Below, in pieces: positions 47,562-60,289 of a stretch of 64,000 bases of DNA. Under the pieces are notes generated by a model. The model worked only from the letters and a program-made list of their open reading frames with translations. It did not search any database and was not told the origin of the DNA. Each line of letters starts with the position of its first letter. Position 1 is the first letter of the stretch. The stretch is taken from contig CM059438.1 of NCBI GenBank assembly GCA_030390025.1, forward strand, positions 62,064,001 through 62,128,000. The letters are read 5' to 3'. This DNA comes from Squalus acanthias. Taxonomy: Eukaryota. The position numbers and the translations under genes are program-made.

Positions 47562-48115
47562 CTTTTTTTATTATGTTCATTCATGGGATGTGGGCGTCGC
47601 TGGCAAGGCCAGCATTTATTGCCCATCCCTATTTGCCCTTGAAAAGGTGGTGGTGAGCTGCCGCTTTGAGCTGCTGCAGTTCATGTGGTAAAGGTACGCC
47701 TACAGTGCTGTTAGGTTGGGAGTTCCAGGATTTTGACAATGAAGGAATGGCGATATATTTTCAAGCCAGGATGGTGTATGACTTGCAGGGGGAACTTGCA
47801 GATGGAGGTGTTCCCATGCGCCTGCTGCCCTTGACCTTCTAGGTGGTAGAGGTCGCGGGTTTGGGAGGTGCTGCTGAAGAAGCCTTGGCAAGTTGCTGCA
47901 GTGCATCTTGTAGATGGTACACATGGCAGACACGGTGCGCCAGTGGTGGAGGGAGTGAATGTTTAAGGTGGTGGATGGGGTGCCAATCAAACGGGCTGCT
48001 TTGTCCTGGATGGTGTCGAGCTTCTTGAGTGTTGTTGGAGCTACACTCATCCAGGCAAGTGCAGAGTATTCCATCACACTCCTGACTTGTGCCTTGTAGA
48101 TGGTGGAAAGGCTTT
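47562..48115 (-). mobile_element. LINE family B 3' fragment
   Basis: IYKAQVRSVMEYS.LAWMS..PTTLKKLDTIQDKAARLIG plus 3'UTR. Confidence 0.9.
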
Positions 48116-48264
48116 GCTCCTCTGGTGTTTCTTTCACAAGTTTATTATCTTGCATAGAAGTGAACGATAAGTCAAAATCCAACTTGTATTCTGATGAAAC
48201 TCTTTACAGTCCAGTTTTGTTTTCTTGTTTCTGATTCTCTTAGTCTCTCAGGGGTGTCAGACAA

Positions 48265-50747
48265 ATAAACTAGAACAGGCTATTTTAGACCTAGTACTGT
48301 GCAATGAGAAAGGGTTAATTAATAACCTTGTAGTAAAGGGGCCTTTAGGGAAGAGTGACCATTATATGATAGCATTTTATATTGAGTTTGAAAGTGATTT
48401 AGTTAAGTTCGAAACTAGGTGCTTAAATCTAAACAAAGCAAACTATGTAGGTATGAGGGGCAAGTTGGCTAAGGTAGATTGGGAAACTACATTAAAAGGT
48501 ATGACGGTAGATAAGCAATGGCTAGCATTTAAAGAATTAATACATAATTTACAACAAATATACATTCTTTTAAGGTGCAAAAAACCCACAGGAAAAGTGG
48601 TCCAACCGTGGCCAACGAGAAGTTAAAGATAGTATTAGATCAAAGGAAGAGGCTTATACTGCTGTCAAAAAGAGTAGTAAGCCTGAGGATTGGTAGGATT
48701 TTAGAATTCAGCAAAGGAGGACCAAGAAATTGATAAGTAAAGAGGAAATAAAGAGAGTAAATTAGCAAGAGACCTAAAAACAGATTGTAAACGTTTCTAT
48801 AGGTATATAAATAGGAAGAGATTAGTGAAAGTAAACATGGGCCCATTAGAGGCAGAGACAGGAGAAATGATAATGGGCAATAAGGAAATGGCAGAGACAT
48901 TAAACAATATTTTGTATCTGTCTTCACGGTAGAAGACACAAAAAACATTCCGGAAATAATGGGGAACCAAGGGTCTAGAGAGAATGAGGAACTTAAAGAA
49001 GTCAGTATAATAAGACATAGTACTGGAGAAATTAATGGGACTAAGTGGCGACAAATCCCCTGGACCTGACGACCTGCATCCTAGGGTTTTAAAAGAGGTA
49101 GCTGCAGAGATAGTGGATGCACTGGTATTAATCTTCCAGAATTCCCTAGATTCTAGAATAGTCCCCAAGGATTGGAAGGTAGCAAACATAACCCCGCTTA
49201 TTAAGAAAGGAAGAAGAGAAAAAACGGGAAACTATAGGCCAGTTAGCCTGACATCAGTAGTAGACAAAATGCTCAAATCTATTATTAGGGACGTGGTAAC
49301 AGGGCACTTAGAAAATCGTAATATGATTAGGCAGAGTCAACATGGTTTTATGAAAGGGAAATCGTGTTTGACAAATCTGTTAATTTTTTGAAGATGTAAC
49401 TAGTAGGATGGATAAGGGGGAACCAGTGGATGTAGTGTATTTGGATTTTCAAAAAGCATTTGATAAGGTGCCACACAAGAGGTTATTACACAAAATTAGG
49501 TCTCATGATATTGGGGGTAATATATTAGCATGGATTGAGGATTGGTTAATCGACTGAAAACAGAGAGTAGGAATAAACAGAACTTTTTCAGGTTGGCAGG
49601 CTGTAAATAGCGGGGATAGAAGGAAAGAAGAAGAAAGAAAGACTTGCATTTCTATAGCGCCTTTCATGACCACTGGATGTCTCAAAGCGCTTTACAGCCA
49701 ATGAAGTACTTTTGGAGTGTAGTCACTGTTGTAATGTGGTACCACAAGGATCAGTGCTTGGGCCTCAGCTAATTACAATCTATATTAATGACTTGGATGA
49801 AGGGACTGAGTGTAACGTATCCAAGTTTGCTGCTGATACAAAGTTAGGTGGGAAAGTAAGCTGTGAAGAGGACGCAAAGAGGCTGCAGAGAGATATAGAC
49901 AGGTTGACTGGGCAAGAACATGGCAAATGGAATACAATGTGGGGAAGTGTGAAGTTATCCACTTTGGTAGGAAAAACAAAAAAGCAGAATATTTTTTGAA
50001 TGGTGAGAGACTGGGAAATGTTTGCATTCAGAGGGACCTGGATGTCCTTGTACATGAATCACAGAAGTTAACATGCAGGTACAGCAAGCAATTAGGAAAG
50101 TAATTGGTCTGTTACTTTTATTACAAAGGGATTAGAGTATAAGAATAAAGAAGTCTTACTACAGTTATACAGGGCATTGGTGAGGCCACACCTTGGAGTA
50201 CTGTGTACAGTTCTGGTCTCCTTACCTAAAGAAAGACATACTTGCTTTAGAGGGAGTGCAACGAAGGTTCACTAGACTGGTTCCTGGGATGAGGGGATTG
50301 TCCTATGAGGAGAGATTGCATAGACTAGGCCTATATTCCCCAGAGTTTAGAAGAATGAGAGGTGATCTAATTGAAATATATAAAATTCTTAAGGGACTTG
50401 ACCGGGTTAATGCTGAGAAAATGTTTCCCCTGGCTGGGGAATCTAGAACACGGGATCGCAGTCTCAGAATAAGGGGTCGGCCATTTAGGACTGAGATGAG
50501 GAGAAATTTCTTCACTCAAAGGGCTGTGAATCTTTGGAATTCTCTACCCCAGAGAGCTGTGGATGCTCAGTCGTTGAGTATATTCAAGACAGAGGTCGAT
50601 ACATTTTTGGGATCTAATAAAATTAAGGGATATGGGGATAGTGCGGGAAGGTGGAGATGAGGTAGAAGATCAGCCATGATCTTGTTGAATGGTGGAGCAG
50701 GCTCAAAGGGCCAAATGGCCGACTCCTGCTCCCATTTCTTATGTTCT
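48265..50747 (+). mobile_element. CR1 LINE, 5'-truncated ORF2 + 3'UTR
   Basis: AILDLVLCNE...[36 protein letters not shown] and a CR1 tail. Confidence 0.95.
49616..49737 (-). mobile_element. Deu-SINE 3' tail inserted in CR1
   Basis: GAAAGACTTGCATTTCTATAGCGCCTTTC...GTCACTGTTGTAATGT interrupts the SG|VPQG codons. Confidence 0.88.
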
Positions 50748-51344
50748 TCTAAACTGTGTCAGTACGTGTGTCTCTGTTACACTGCACATCACTCGAGGGC
50801 TTCTCCATAATAGATATTCATTTCGTGAATGTAGGACTATGTGCTGTATCAAGTCTTACAGCCACAAGGGGGTGATGTGGCTTTATATATCAAGGCAGTG
50901 GAAGTACAGCAAATCATTTCAAATGTTAATGTTTTGAAAATTATAAAGGTGTACATTTTATTTAAATGCATAAAAAAAAATTCACGAGTAATGACCTAGC
51001 TTCACATCTTGGGCATAGGAACATTTGGTGTCATGCAAGTTCTTACACTGATGTGCACGAATTACCCTCCCTCTCTTTTTCTTCCCCCCCCCAGCCAGAT
51101 ATTTCGTAGTAACCATCAGTAAAAATTGTAGGTCACCTCGAAGCCATTTATTTCTTCTCTTATATGGTATAAGTTTTTTAAATTCCAGTCCCATCGGAGA
51201 ATAGTGGGAGCCAGTGCTGCCCGGTTTCTGTGGTCAGCTTCCCACAGTCGGGACGGTGTTGGGGAAAGAATCCAGCGGGAGTGGTGATGCCGGAACTTTT
51301 CATGTGTGATTTTGTTTTACGCTTCAGCTTTACGTAGGATAAAT

Positions 51345-51610
51345 AACAAGGCTACAATTGAACCCAGTGCCCTTGGGCAGGGCAGGAATGAAATCAGGTT
51401 TGCTGCTCCTTAAGCTCTGTCCAGTGACCTCTGCTGGAAAGTGGATGTTGGGTGAAGACAGAATCCGGCTCGCCTGTGACACTTCCCACGGTTGAATAGT
51501 CCGCCGACGCTTGGTGTTCAGCCTCGCCATGTACAGAATGTTCACTTGGGTGGGGCACGGGAGGTGCGTCTGGCACCGCAGCAAGGGGTCCGCCCCTTCA
51601 AGGGATGGAA
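51345..51610 (+). mobile_element. Ancient SINE family C, central and 3' part
   Basis: GCTACAATTG...TCCAGTGACCTCTGCTGGAAAGTG...CACTTGGG...CAGCAAG...CCTTCA. Confidence 0.55.
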
Positions 51611-52254
51611 AATAAATGGAAATATAGGATAAAAATAAAAAGATACAATTGGTTTCACCCCATCCCTAGCTCCTCCCAGCCAGCGCCCTGTGGTGCTGAC
51701 TGTATCTCTACTGAAATCAGTCCAGCTCTCCCTCGGTGTCGAGCTCAGTAACTTTTCCCATCCACACTGTGTGATTGACTATCTCTACGTGATGAATCCA
51801 GGTCTCTTGCAGTATGTGGCTCAGTAACTCCTTCTTGCCAGTTTCCCTGCTATATTAGTCATCGTTGATTAAACAATTGTTCAAAATCAACAGATACAGA
51901 TAACCATCTGCTTATTATGTGATCAACAACAACTTGCATTTATATATGTGAAATGAGCACATTTTTAGAAATTAGTAATATTCGCTGCAATTCTATCTAT
52001 TCCCTTTGTCACCTATGTACAGGAGGAAGGGGGTCCTTTTGCTCGCTGTATCTTTCCAGGAGGGTGACCATTTCCCCAGCTTCTGCAGAGGCTTATCTCG
52101 TGCAGTTCATTAACGGGGAGCTGGTGCTGATAAAGTCACCTTGTGTTAAAGAATGAATTGTAGCATTGAGCCACTGCAGAATAAAGGACTGCCTCTTCCC
52201 AAGGCTGGCTTTTCTCTAAAGCTGATTGACTTGCAAGCAGAGTCCTAGAGGAAG

Positions 52255-52632
52255 ATAATGACATGTTTTTCCACTCTGCCCCGTAGTGTGAATCGCGAGG
52301 TCCCAGATCCGATGCAGCGCAGCTTAGATGGAGGGTAAAGCACCTTCTACACTGCCCCAACAAGCACTGCTGGGTCAGGAACAGCACAGGTCTGTCACAG
52401 CAGGATACCAACTTCAACCTCCGAAGAGTACCCCTCCCTAGTGTATGGCTGCGTCTTTCCATTTCTTGCACCAGTCTGAGCAAGGCTCTCATTTAGTGCT
52501 TAATTGTGTTCTGCCCAAATTCAGCTCACTTTCGACCCTTACAACCATCAAGGAGAAGAGGCTTTCCTCCCATCAGTCATGGTTTGAACCCAGGCTCCAG
52601 AGATGAAAGGGCATTATGCCAATTCACTGCAC
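52255..52632 (-). mobile_element. Ancient LF-SINE-like element
   Basis: Minus-strand head CCCTTTCATCTCTGGAGCCTGGGTTCAAACC; body related to 10720 and 28930. Confidence 0.45.
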
Positions 52633-52844
52633 TCCTTGATGTAGTTTATCTTGCTCCATAACTATTTTCTACCCATACTGGTGTATAATTCTACAGCAGC
52701 CACGGTTAGACAATGTACATGTAGATTGATGAGGACCCATCAACATTTTGATTGAAGTGAAAATGACCGAGTTTTACACAATGTCCGTATACGTCGCCGA
52801 GCCTGGATAAAAAAACTTACCATATAAGGGAAGAAATAAATGGA

Positions 52845-52949
52845 CAAAAGGAACAGAAAATGCTGGAAAATACTCATCAGGTCAGGCAGCATCTGTGGAG
52901 AGAGGCATGGGGTTAATGTTTCATGTCGATGACATTTCATCAGAACTCC
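52845..52949 (-). mobile_element. Penelope-type fragment with hammerhead motif
   Basis: Minus strand GGAGTT-CTGATGA-AATGTC-ATC-GACAT-GAAAC-ATT-AACCCC...CCACAGATGCTGCCTGACCTG. Confidence 0.7.
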
Positions 52950-53494
52950 GAATAAATGGATAATCCTGATTTAAAAGTTTGAGATAAATGTCACACGGAG
53001 GGGCAGATTCACTTGCTGCCTTCTGTGCAGGCGCTTTGTTATTGCTGTAAGCCAGAATGAAGTGAGAGTCTGAGTAAAGGCACTCTACTTAAAACACTTG
53101 GGGGAAATAGCACCGATAAAGTCAGCTTACCTTCCACAACAACCTGTGGCATTTAACCAGTGAACAATGAGCTGCGTGCTCCCCGGAGCTCGGTTACGGG
53201 TGAGCTGGTATTTTTAGACCGCGTCCTCGTCAGCAGCTGATTGAGTAATTGCTAAGGGATCGTTGATGCTGTCGTCGCCTAGCAACCACAGATCACCTGT
53301 AAGGATGTTTACTGCTCTGATCATTTTCAGACTTGGTCACCTGTTTGCTCTGCATGTGATTTTTAGTTATTTAAACTTGACTCCGTTTAAAAATATAGCT
53401 TTAAACTAGGTTCTCGACGTGAGAAGTTGATTCCTATCATCATCTAAATAGCTGTTAATGAGCAACTTGACTATCTCCACACTGAAAATGATAT

Positions 53495-53885
53495 GGAGCT
53501 CCCCAGTAGCTCAGTGGCTGCTTGGTGTGGTCCTGAGCCATGCAGAACAGCAGCTTCCAGGTTCCATCCCAGGCCTGTGTTGAGTGAGCTGATATGATCT
53601 AGGCTGGCCGTAGGGGATACTACAGTGGGCTTCAGCGTCACAGGATTAGGGAAGGGCCATCTCTGACCCCTTAGAGGTCAAGATCTAGTGCTCCGTGTGA
53701 ATAGCAGCTGAGAACAGGATCCAGGGTCAGCTGTGATGCCTCCTACGAAGGAAAAGTTCCTGTCAATTAGACCGATAGCTGACGCATGAAGAATGGCCAC
53801 TTGGACAAGGTAGCAGAGGGCACCTGGTGTCTGTCCAACTCGAGCCCAGCAAGAGTCATTCCCTTCAGGTGAGGAGGAGGAGCAA
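53495..53885 (+). mobile_element. Ancient SINE family C, near full length
   Basis: A box TAGCTCAGTGG, B-box-like GGTTCCATCCC, 3' part GAAGAATGGCCACTTGG...CCCAGCAAGAGTCA...CTTCAGG. Confidence 0.65.
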
Positions 53886-55007
53886 ACAAGCCCTCCAGTA
53901 TCTGGCTTGTGCGGCTATTCCTCGGCTGAACCTAGACGATGAGTCCTGGTGGGCTAACCAACCACGGGATGCTTCACAACTGGCGCCATTCCTGCCGTTT
54001 CAGTGGGGATCACTAAAAGGACAGTCAGCCACTGGAAGCTAATGTTATCCTTCTATAGCCCAAGGGCGCTGAGGCCAATTGCAATGCTCCATCTGCTGCC
54101 ACCCTGTCTGTGTGGCTCAGCACAACTCTGTGTGGCGCATTTATCCACGAAGCCATTGTTGCTCCACCTGCGGCACTGAATTTGATCACCTCATTAGCTT
54201 GAATGTAGTGGGGCTCTCCAGATAAACACCATTAAAAGTTTAGGAGTTGAGCGGCTACAAAGTTAGATTTCTTAGCACTGACGCTTTGCAGGACACAGTG
54301 TGCTAAAGGAGTTGAGAAAACTAGTGGGTCTCCCGTGGCGTTGCTCTTGATCAGGGTGCTAAGACGCCAACATTACACAGTGCAATATTCTGCTGCTATG
54401 GTGCCTCCTTTAAGACCACAAAGTCTAATTGTTAAGTAAACACAAGGTGAGGTCAGCACTTGATTGTTTGGCGTTGGGGACTTTGCAGATTGGGAATTGC
54501 GTGTCCGTTTCAGGATCCAGGTCAGAAGAGCCCAGCACTAATTTACTGGTCCTCTTTCATTTTTGAGATTGTTTTACATCCATAATAAATTGAAACACTT
54601 TGAAGTGTGCCAGATGCACAAGAGATGCAAGACTTTTACGTATAGTGTCTGGACGGCATGGGTATTTTCAGTGCCTGTTCAGTCTATTACATTAATATAT
54701 TGGGGATTTATTTGAATGGAAATGACCATGATAGGAACATCATTCCCTGGCTGATTTAATGCTGAGAGTGGTGTTATTGGTGAAAGTGCCATGATTATAA
54801 AGCACGCATTACCCAGACTGATGTTTGCTGTGTATGACCTTTGCTTTATTTATTTTTCTGTTTGCAATTCTGCATTAATTTCCTGTTGGGATAGAGGAAG
54901 TTAAGCGGAAGTTAAGAGAGACGGGGTGTTAACAGAAGCAAGAGGACCAATACATGAGGAACTAGCTCATGATGTGGTGGTAGCATTACAAAGACCTGGC
55001 TGCAGCC

Positions 55008-55392
55008 CAACAACAACAATATAAATATATAGCGCCTTTATCATAGTAAACCGTACCAAGGCGCTTCACAGGAGCGTTATAAAACAAAATTTGACACGAG
55101 CCACATGAGATATTGGGGCAGATGACAAAAGGCTTGGTTAGAGAGGGCACAGTGTGCTAAAGGAGGCAAGAGAGGCAGAGAGGTTTAGGCAGGGAATTCC
55201 AGTGCTTAGGGCCTAGGCAACAGAAGGCACGGCCACCAATGGTTGAGCGATTATAATCAGGGATGCTCAAGAGGCCAGAATTAGAGGAGTGCAGATATCT
55301 CAGAAGTTTGCAGGACTGGAGGAGGTTACAGAGATAGGGAGGGGTCAGGCCATGGAGGGATCTGAAAACAAGGATAAGAATTTTAAAGCCCA
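55008..55392 (-). mobile_element. L2 LINE 3' fragment
   Basis: (CAA)n...ATATAGCGCCTTTA...GGCGCTTCACAGG...GGGAATTCCAG.GCTTAGGGCC. Confidence 0.85.
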
Positions 55393-56334
55393 GGCAAGAT
55401 TGGGAGCTAATAAGTCAAGATGGGGAAAATAAGAAAGGAGTGGGAGAGTATTAATAAAGGACATCATCATACAGGCAAAAAGGAGGGATCTAAATGTGTG
55501 CAAACTGCAAGGGGCAGAGCTACGGAACAGGAGAGGATGCAAAGTGCTGGTGGTAATGTAGTGGAACCTGTCATTTAAGACCCCTCTTGTGAGAGACCAC
55601 CTGTCATATGTGACCGTAGCAGCTTGGCTGGAAAGCTTCTCTGTTGTAATTGATTTCCAATGAGCAATCACTTGAATGCAACCAGCACCCAGGCTCTACG
55701 TGTATTAAACAGCCACACCAGTCAGTGCAGTTTCTGGGGTCCTGCTAAACAGGGGTTGCCTCCATTATATCTGTGATAGATAGTAGATTGGCGGTTAGGA
55801 TCAGATCAGCCATGATCTTATTGAATGGCGGAGCAGGCTCGAGGGGCCGATTGGCCTACTCCTGCTCCTATTTCTTATGTTCTTATGTTCTTATTATAAG
55901 AGTGGAGACTTTCTGTAATAATGATGGTGCTTAAACGCTGAAATTAAAAGTCAGCCGCAGTAATTAAAATTGAAGTGCACGATACTGGAACTGGATGAAC
56001 TACTGGTATTTTACAAAATAAAAATGATCCTAAAAGGATCTAACTGGTAGGAAGGTAGTATTCTTGTCCCAGTATTAAGTGCTACTCACATCTAATCTGA
56101 GGGTCTGCTGTAGCCTTCAGAGACTTGGGAGAAGTAGCTCAACACCTCCTTAACCACACCATTTGAGATAGAACAGGTGGCTGAACGTGGCCAGGCTCGG
56201 TTAGTGCTGGCACTCCCAGTCCCAGGTCAGGTGACTTCTCTTGCTCACGGTCAGGTGACCTCTCTTGCTCACTGTCACTGTCTATATCTCAGCATTGATC
56301 CTGGGGGACACCACTTGTCACTGCCCAACAAATC

Positions 56335-56575
56335 AAAGAAAGAAAGAAGGAACTTGCATTTATATAGCGCCTTTCATGTCCTCAGAACGTCCCAAATGCT
56401 TTACAGCCAATGAGGTACTTTTTGAAGTGTAGTCACTGTTGTAATGCAGGAAACACGGTAGCCAATATGTGCGCAACAAGGCCCCACAAACAGCAGTGTG
56501 ATAAATGACCAGATAATCTGTTTTTTAGTGATGTTGGTTGAGGGATAGATATTGGCCAGGGCACTGGGAGAACTC
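56335..56575 (-). mobile_element. Deu-SINE 3' half
   Basis: ACTTGCATTTATATAGCGCCTTTC...GAGGGATAGATATTGGCCAGG. Confidence 0.88.
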
Positions 56576-56629
56576 ACATGCTCAAGAATGTCCTTTTTTC
56601 CCCCAACTCCGTCTCCTGCCTCCCAATTA

Positions 56630-57958
56630 ATACGGGACAAAATTATTTGGCACTTGGGAAAAATATGGGTTAATAAATGAAAGCCGGCATGGAGTTGTTT
56701 AAAGGCAAATTGTGTTTGACTAACTTGATTGAGTTCTTTGATGAAGTAATGGAGAGGGTGGATGAGGGTAGAACGGTTAATGTTGTGTATATGGACTCTC
56801 AAAAGGCATTTGATCAAGTACCACATAATAGACTTTTTTAGCAAAATTGACGCCCATGTGATTAAAGGCTGCATGGATACAAAATTAGCTAAGGGACGGA
56901 GCGCAGAGAGTAGTGGTGAACGGTTGTTTATCAGACTGAAGGCAAGTGTGCAGTGGTGTCTCCCAGGGGTCGGTGTTGGGACCACTGCTCTTTTTGATAT
57001 CTATTAATGACCTGGATTTGGGTATACAGGGCATAATTTTAAAATTTGCAGATGACATGAGACTCTGAAATGTAGTGAGGAGGATAATAACAGACTTCAG
57101 GAGGACATCGATGGACTGGTGAAATGGCTGGACAAATGGTAGATGAAACTTAACGCAGAGAAGTGTGAAGTGATTCATTTTGGTAGGAAGAATGAGGAGA
57201 GGCAATACAAACTAAATGGTACAATTTTAAAGAGGGTGCAGGAACAGAGAGACCTGGGGTTTGTACATACACAAGTCTTTGAAGGTGGCAGGAAAAAGTT
57301 CAGAAGGCTGTTAAAAGGCATATGGGGTGCTTGGTTTTATAAATAGAGGCATAGATTACAAAAGCAAGGAAGTTATGCTCACCTTTTATAGAAAAAAAAC
57401 TGGTTGGGCCCCAGCTGGAGTATTGTATCCAGTTCTGGGCACCACATTTTAAGAAGGATGTCAAGGCATAAGAGAGAGTGCAGAGGAGATTTACTAGAAT
57501 GGTACCACGGGTGAATGATTTCAGTTACGTGGAGAGACTAGAGAAACTGGGGTTGTTCTCCTTAGAGCAGAGAAGGTTAAGGGGAGATTTGATAGAGGTG
57601 TTCAAAATCTTGAATGGTTTTGATAAAGTGACTAAGGAGAAACTGGTAGAAGTGTCGGTAACCAGAGTACACAGATTTAAGGTAATTGGCTAAAAGAACC
57701 AGAGGTGACATGAGGGGGAAAAAACAATTTACGCAGCGAGTTGTTATGATCTGGAATGCACTGCCTGAAAGGGTGGTGGAAGCAGATTCAATAATAACTT
57801 TTAAAAGGGAATTCGATAAATACTTGAAAAGGAAAAAGATTGCAGGGCTGTGGGAAAAGAGCAGGTGAGTGGGCCTAATTGGATAGCTCTTTCAAAGAGC
57901 AGGCACAGTAGGCCAAACGGCCTCCTCCTGTGCTGTATTATTCCGTGATTGTATGATT
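56630..57958 (+). mobile_element. CR1 RT-to-3' end fragment
   Basis: [25 protein letters not shown]...LGLFSLEQRRLRGDLIEVFK and a tail. Confidence 0.92.
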
Positions 57959-57989
57959 TCCTATCCAGTGTGCTGAGATTGTCTCCAAT

Positions 57990-59170
57990 TCCAAGAGCCT
58001 TAATTTTAACTAGTAATGTCTAATGCAAATCCTTGTCAAATGCCATATGAAAATCAATGTGTGTGGCATCCATTCGTCCTCCTCTATTCATCTCTGACTT
58101 TATCAAGGAACTCTAATAGGTTAGTTGGGCTTGACCTTATCTTTTTAAAGCCCTGCTGACTCACTCTACTCGGTGCTTGTTTCTTCTGTCCCTCATAATG
58201 GATTCTAGCAATTTTATATTGCTGACGTTTGATTTACTAGCCTGTAGTTACATGGGTTTGCTACCTTTCAATCTTCCAGTACTATCCCCAGATCCTCCAA
58301 TGTCTGGAAAACTGTAACCGATGCATCCACAATTTGCTTGCCCATTTCTTTTAATACCCTAAGGTAGAAACCATTCAGGCTTGATGGTTTGTCTGGCTTC
58401 AATCCCACTGATATAGCCGTTAATATTTTTCTATTTGCATATCCCTGTAGAATTTTCCCTTTTGCTAATCTCTAAACTGCCTGCACGTCTGGTGTCGTAT
58501 TCTCCTCCTCCATTGTGAAGACTGAAGCAAAATATTCATTTAGAAATCTATCAAGTTGTTAACCGTTGCTATTTTTATACTTAAGTCTATTTTTATAGGC
58601 CCTCCTCTTCCTTTGCCACTTTTTTCTTGATGTGCTTATAGAAACCTTTACCGCAATCGCATCTGAATTTTTCATACTCCCTCTTTACTCTCATTATTTT
58701 CTTGGTCTTCATTTGTTGTTTTCTACAATCCTCTCAGTCTTGTCATTATACTTTTGCCCTTATGCAAACCTCCTTTTCTTTAATATTAGTTCACTTTCCT
58801 TTCAGATGTATATGTTTTGTAATCCACTAATTCCCTTCTTCAAAATAGGCCCCATCTAACAATTTTACCCTATGGTCGGCAACTCCTTCTTCATTCCTTC
58901 AAAGTTAGTTTAATTCAAGTCCAAAGCCATGGTTTGTGAATTCGCCTTTCTCCTCTTCAAGCCCAATAATTAATTTAATTATACTATGGTCACTATTCCC
59001 AAGTTGTTCCCTTCCTACCAGGATGCTACCTATTTCTGGTCTGTTGCTGATAACTATATCTGCTCCCTTGTTGGGTTGAAGGTCTGCTGTTATCTTTAAA
59101 GCATTCAATAAATCAATTCCTTTTTTTATACTTGACCTGTTATTTCACTCCTAATCTATATGCTGGTTAG
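57990..59170 (-). mobile_element. Old, highly decayed CR1 ORF2 fragment
   Basis: EQLGNSDHSIIK; decayed reverse complement of the QQGF/DF.KAFD region. Confidence 0.65.
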
Positions 59171-59607
59171 CACATTTGCCTCCCTGATTTGCATACGCAT
59201 AACAGCCCTCTTAAGTTGTCACCATCACGAGCTTTATAAAAATCAGTGCAACCTAGACCACCTGTTCTCCTGAGGAAAGGCAATCTCTCAAAACAGGTCC
59301 TCTCTCATTTGACAATCAAATAATTGAAAAGTGCTTGATGTATGAATGGCCATGGTGTACTCTGTCTAATGTTTGTAGTTTGCATGGGAGCTTCTAAACA
59401 CTGATAGCCAGAACGTCTAATGTCCTCTTACCTCAGTGACAACCAGTATCTTTAGCGCTTGATAATGCTGTGTCTTTATAGCAGTGCTACTCCAACTTGC
59501 CAATTCCTAGAGAATGTGATTCAAGAATGGAATGGTTTAATCCAGGGTCATCAATGCGATCAACCCCTTAAACCCAGGATAACATTGCTCTCCATTTAGA
59601 CAGCCAA

Positions 59608-59965
59608 CACTCTTCAGAGTCAGAAGGTTGTGGGTTCAAGTCCCATTCCAGAGACTTGAGCACAAAATCTACGCTGACACTCCAGTGCAGTACTGAGGGA
59701 GCACTGCACTGTCGGAGATGCCGTCTTTTGGATGAGACGTTAAACCGCGTCTTCCTGGCCAATATTTATCCCTCAAACAGCATCACTAAAACAGATTATC
59801 TGGTCATTATCACATTACTATTTGTGGGACCTTGTTGTGTGCAAATTGGTTGCGGTATTTCCTACATTACAACAGTGACTACACTGCAAAGGTACTTCAT
59901 TGGTTGGTTGTAAAGCGCTTTGGGACGTCCTGAGATCATGAAAAGCGCTATATAAATGCAAGTTT
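59608..59965 (+). mobile_element. Deu-SINE with internal deletion
   Basis: GAGTCAGAAGGTTGTGGGTTCAAGTCCC...GCCGTCTTTTGGATGAGACGTTAAACC...GCTATATAAATGCAAG. Confidence 0.9.
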
Positions 59966-60289
59966 TTCCACTACTAGAAACGAGGCGACAGCTCAGAGCA
60001 AAAACCATGGTTGCCCAGGAGAAACCGAGTCAGGATGTAGGCTGCCAGCAATCCTTCATCCAAGAAAATTTAACCCACAACTGTCATTGACTTTTACCGA
60101 CCGCTTCCCCAGAGAAAGTGGTCTGGGAAAAAGAATGTTAATAATTTCGCACCAGCAAGATAATGCAATGCAAGATAGAGTATTTGTGGCCTACCTTCCC
60201 TTGAGATAGTGACTGTCAAGAAGATATATGTGTAATACCCGCTATTCCCAAACCAAGGTCGTTCAACATATATAATAGACGAGAATCTA

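Noticed and set aside
56223..56272. 24-bp tandem duplication (similar small ones at ~4065, ~26750, ~38317)
   Set aside because: Ordinary slippage duplications.
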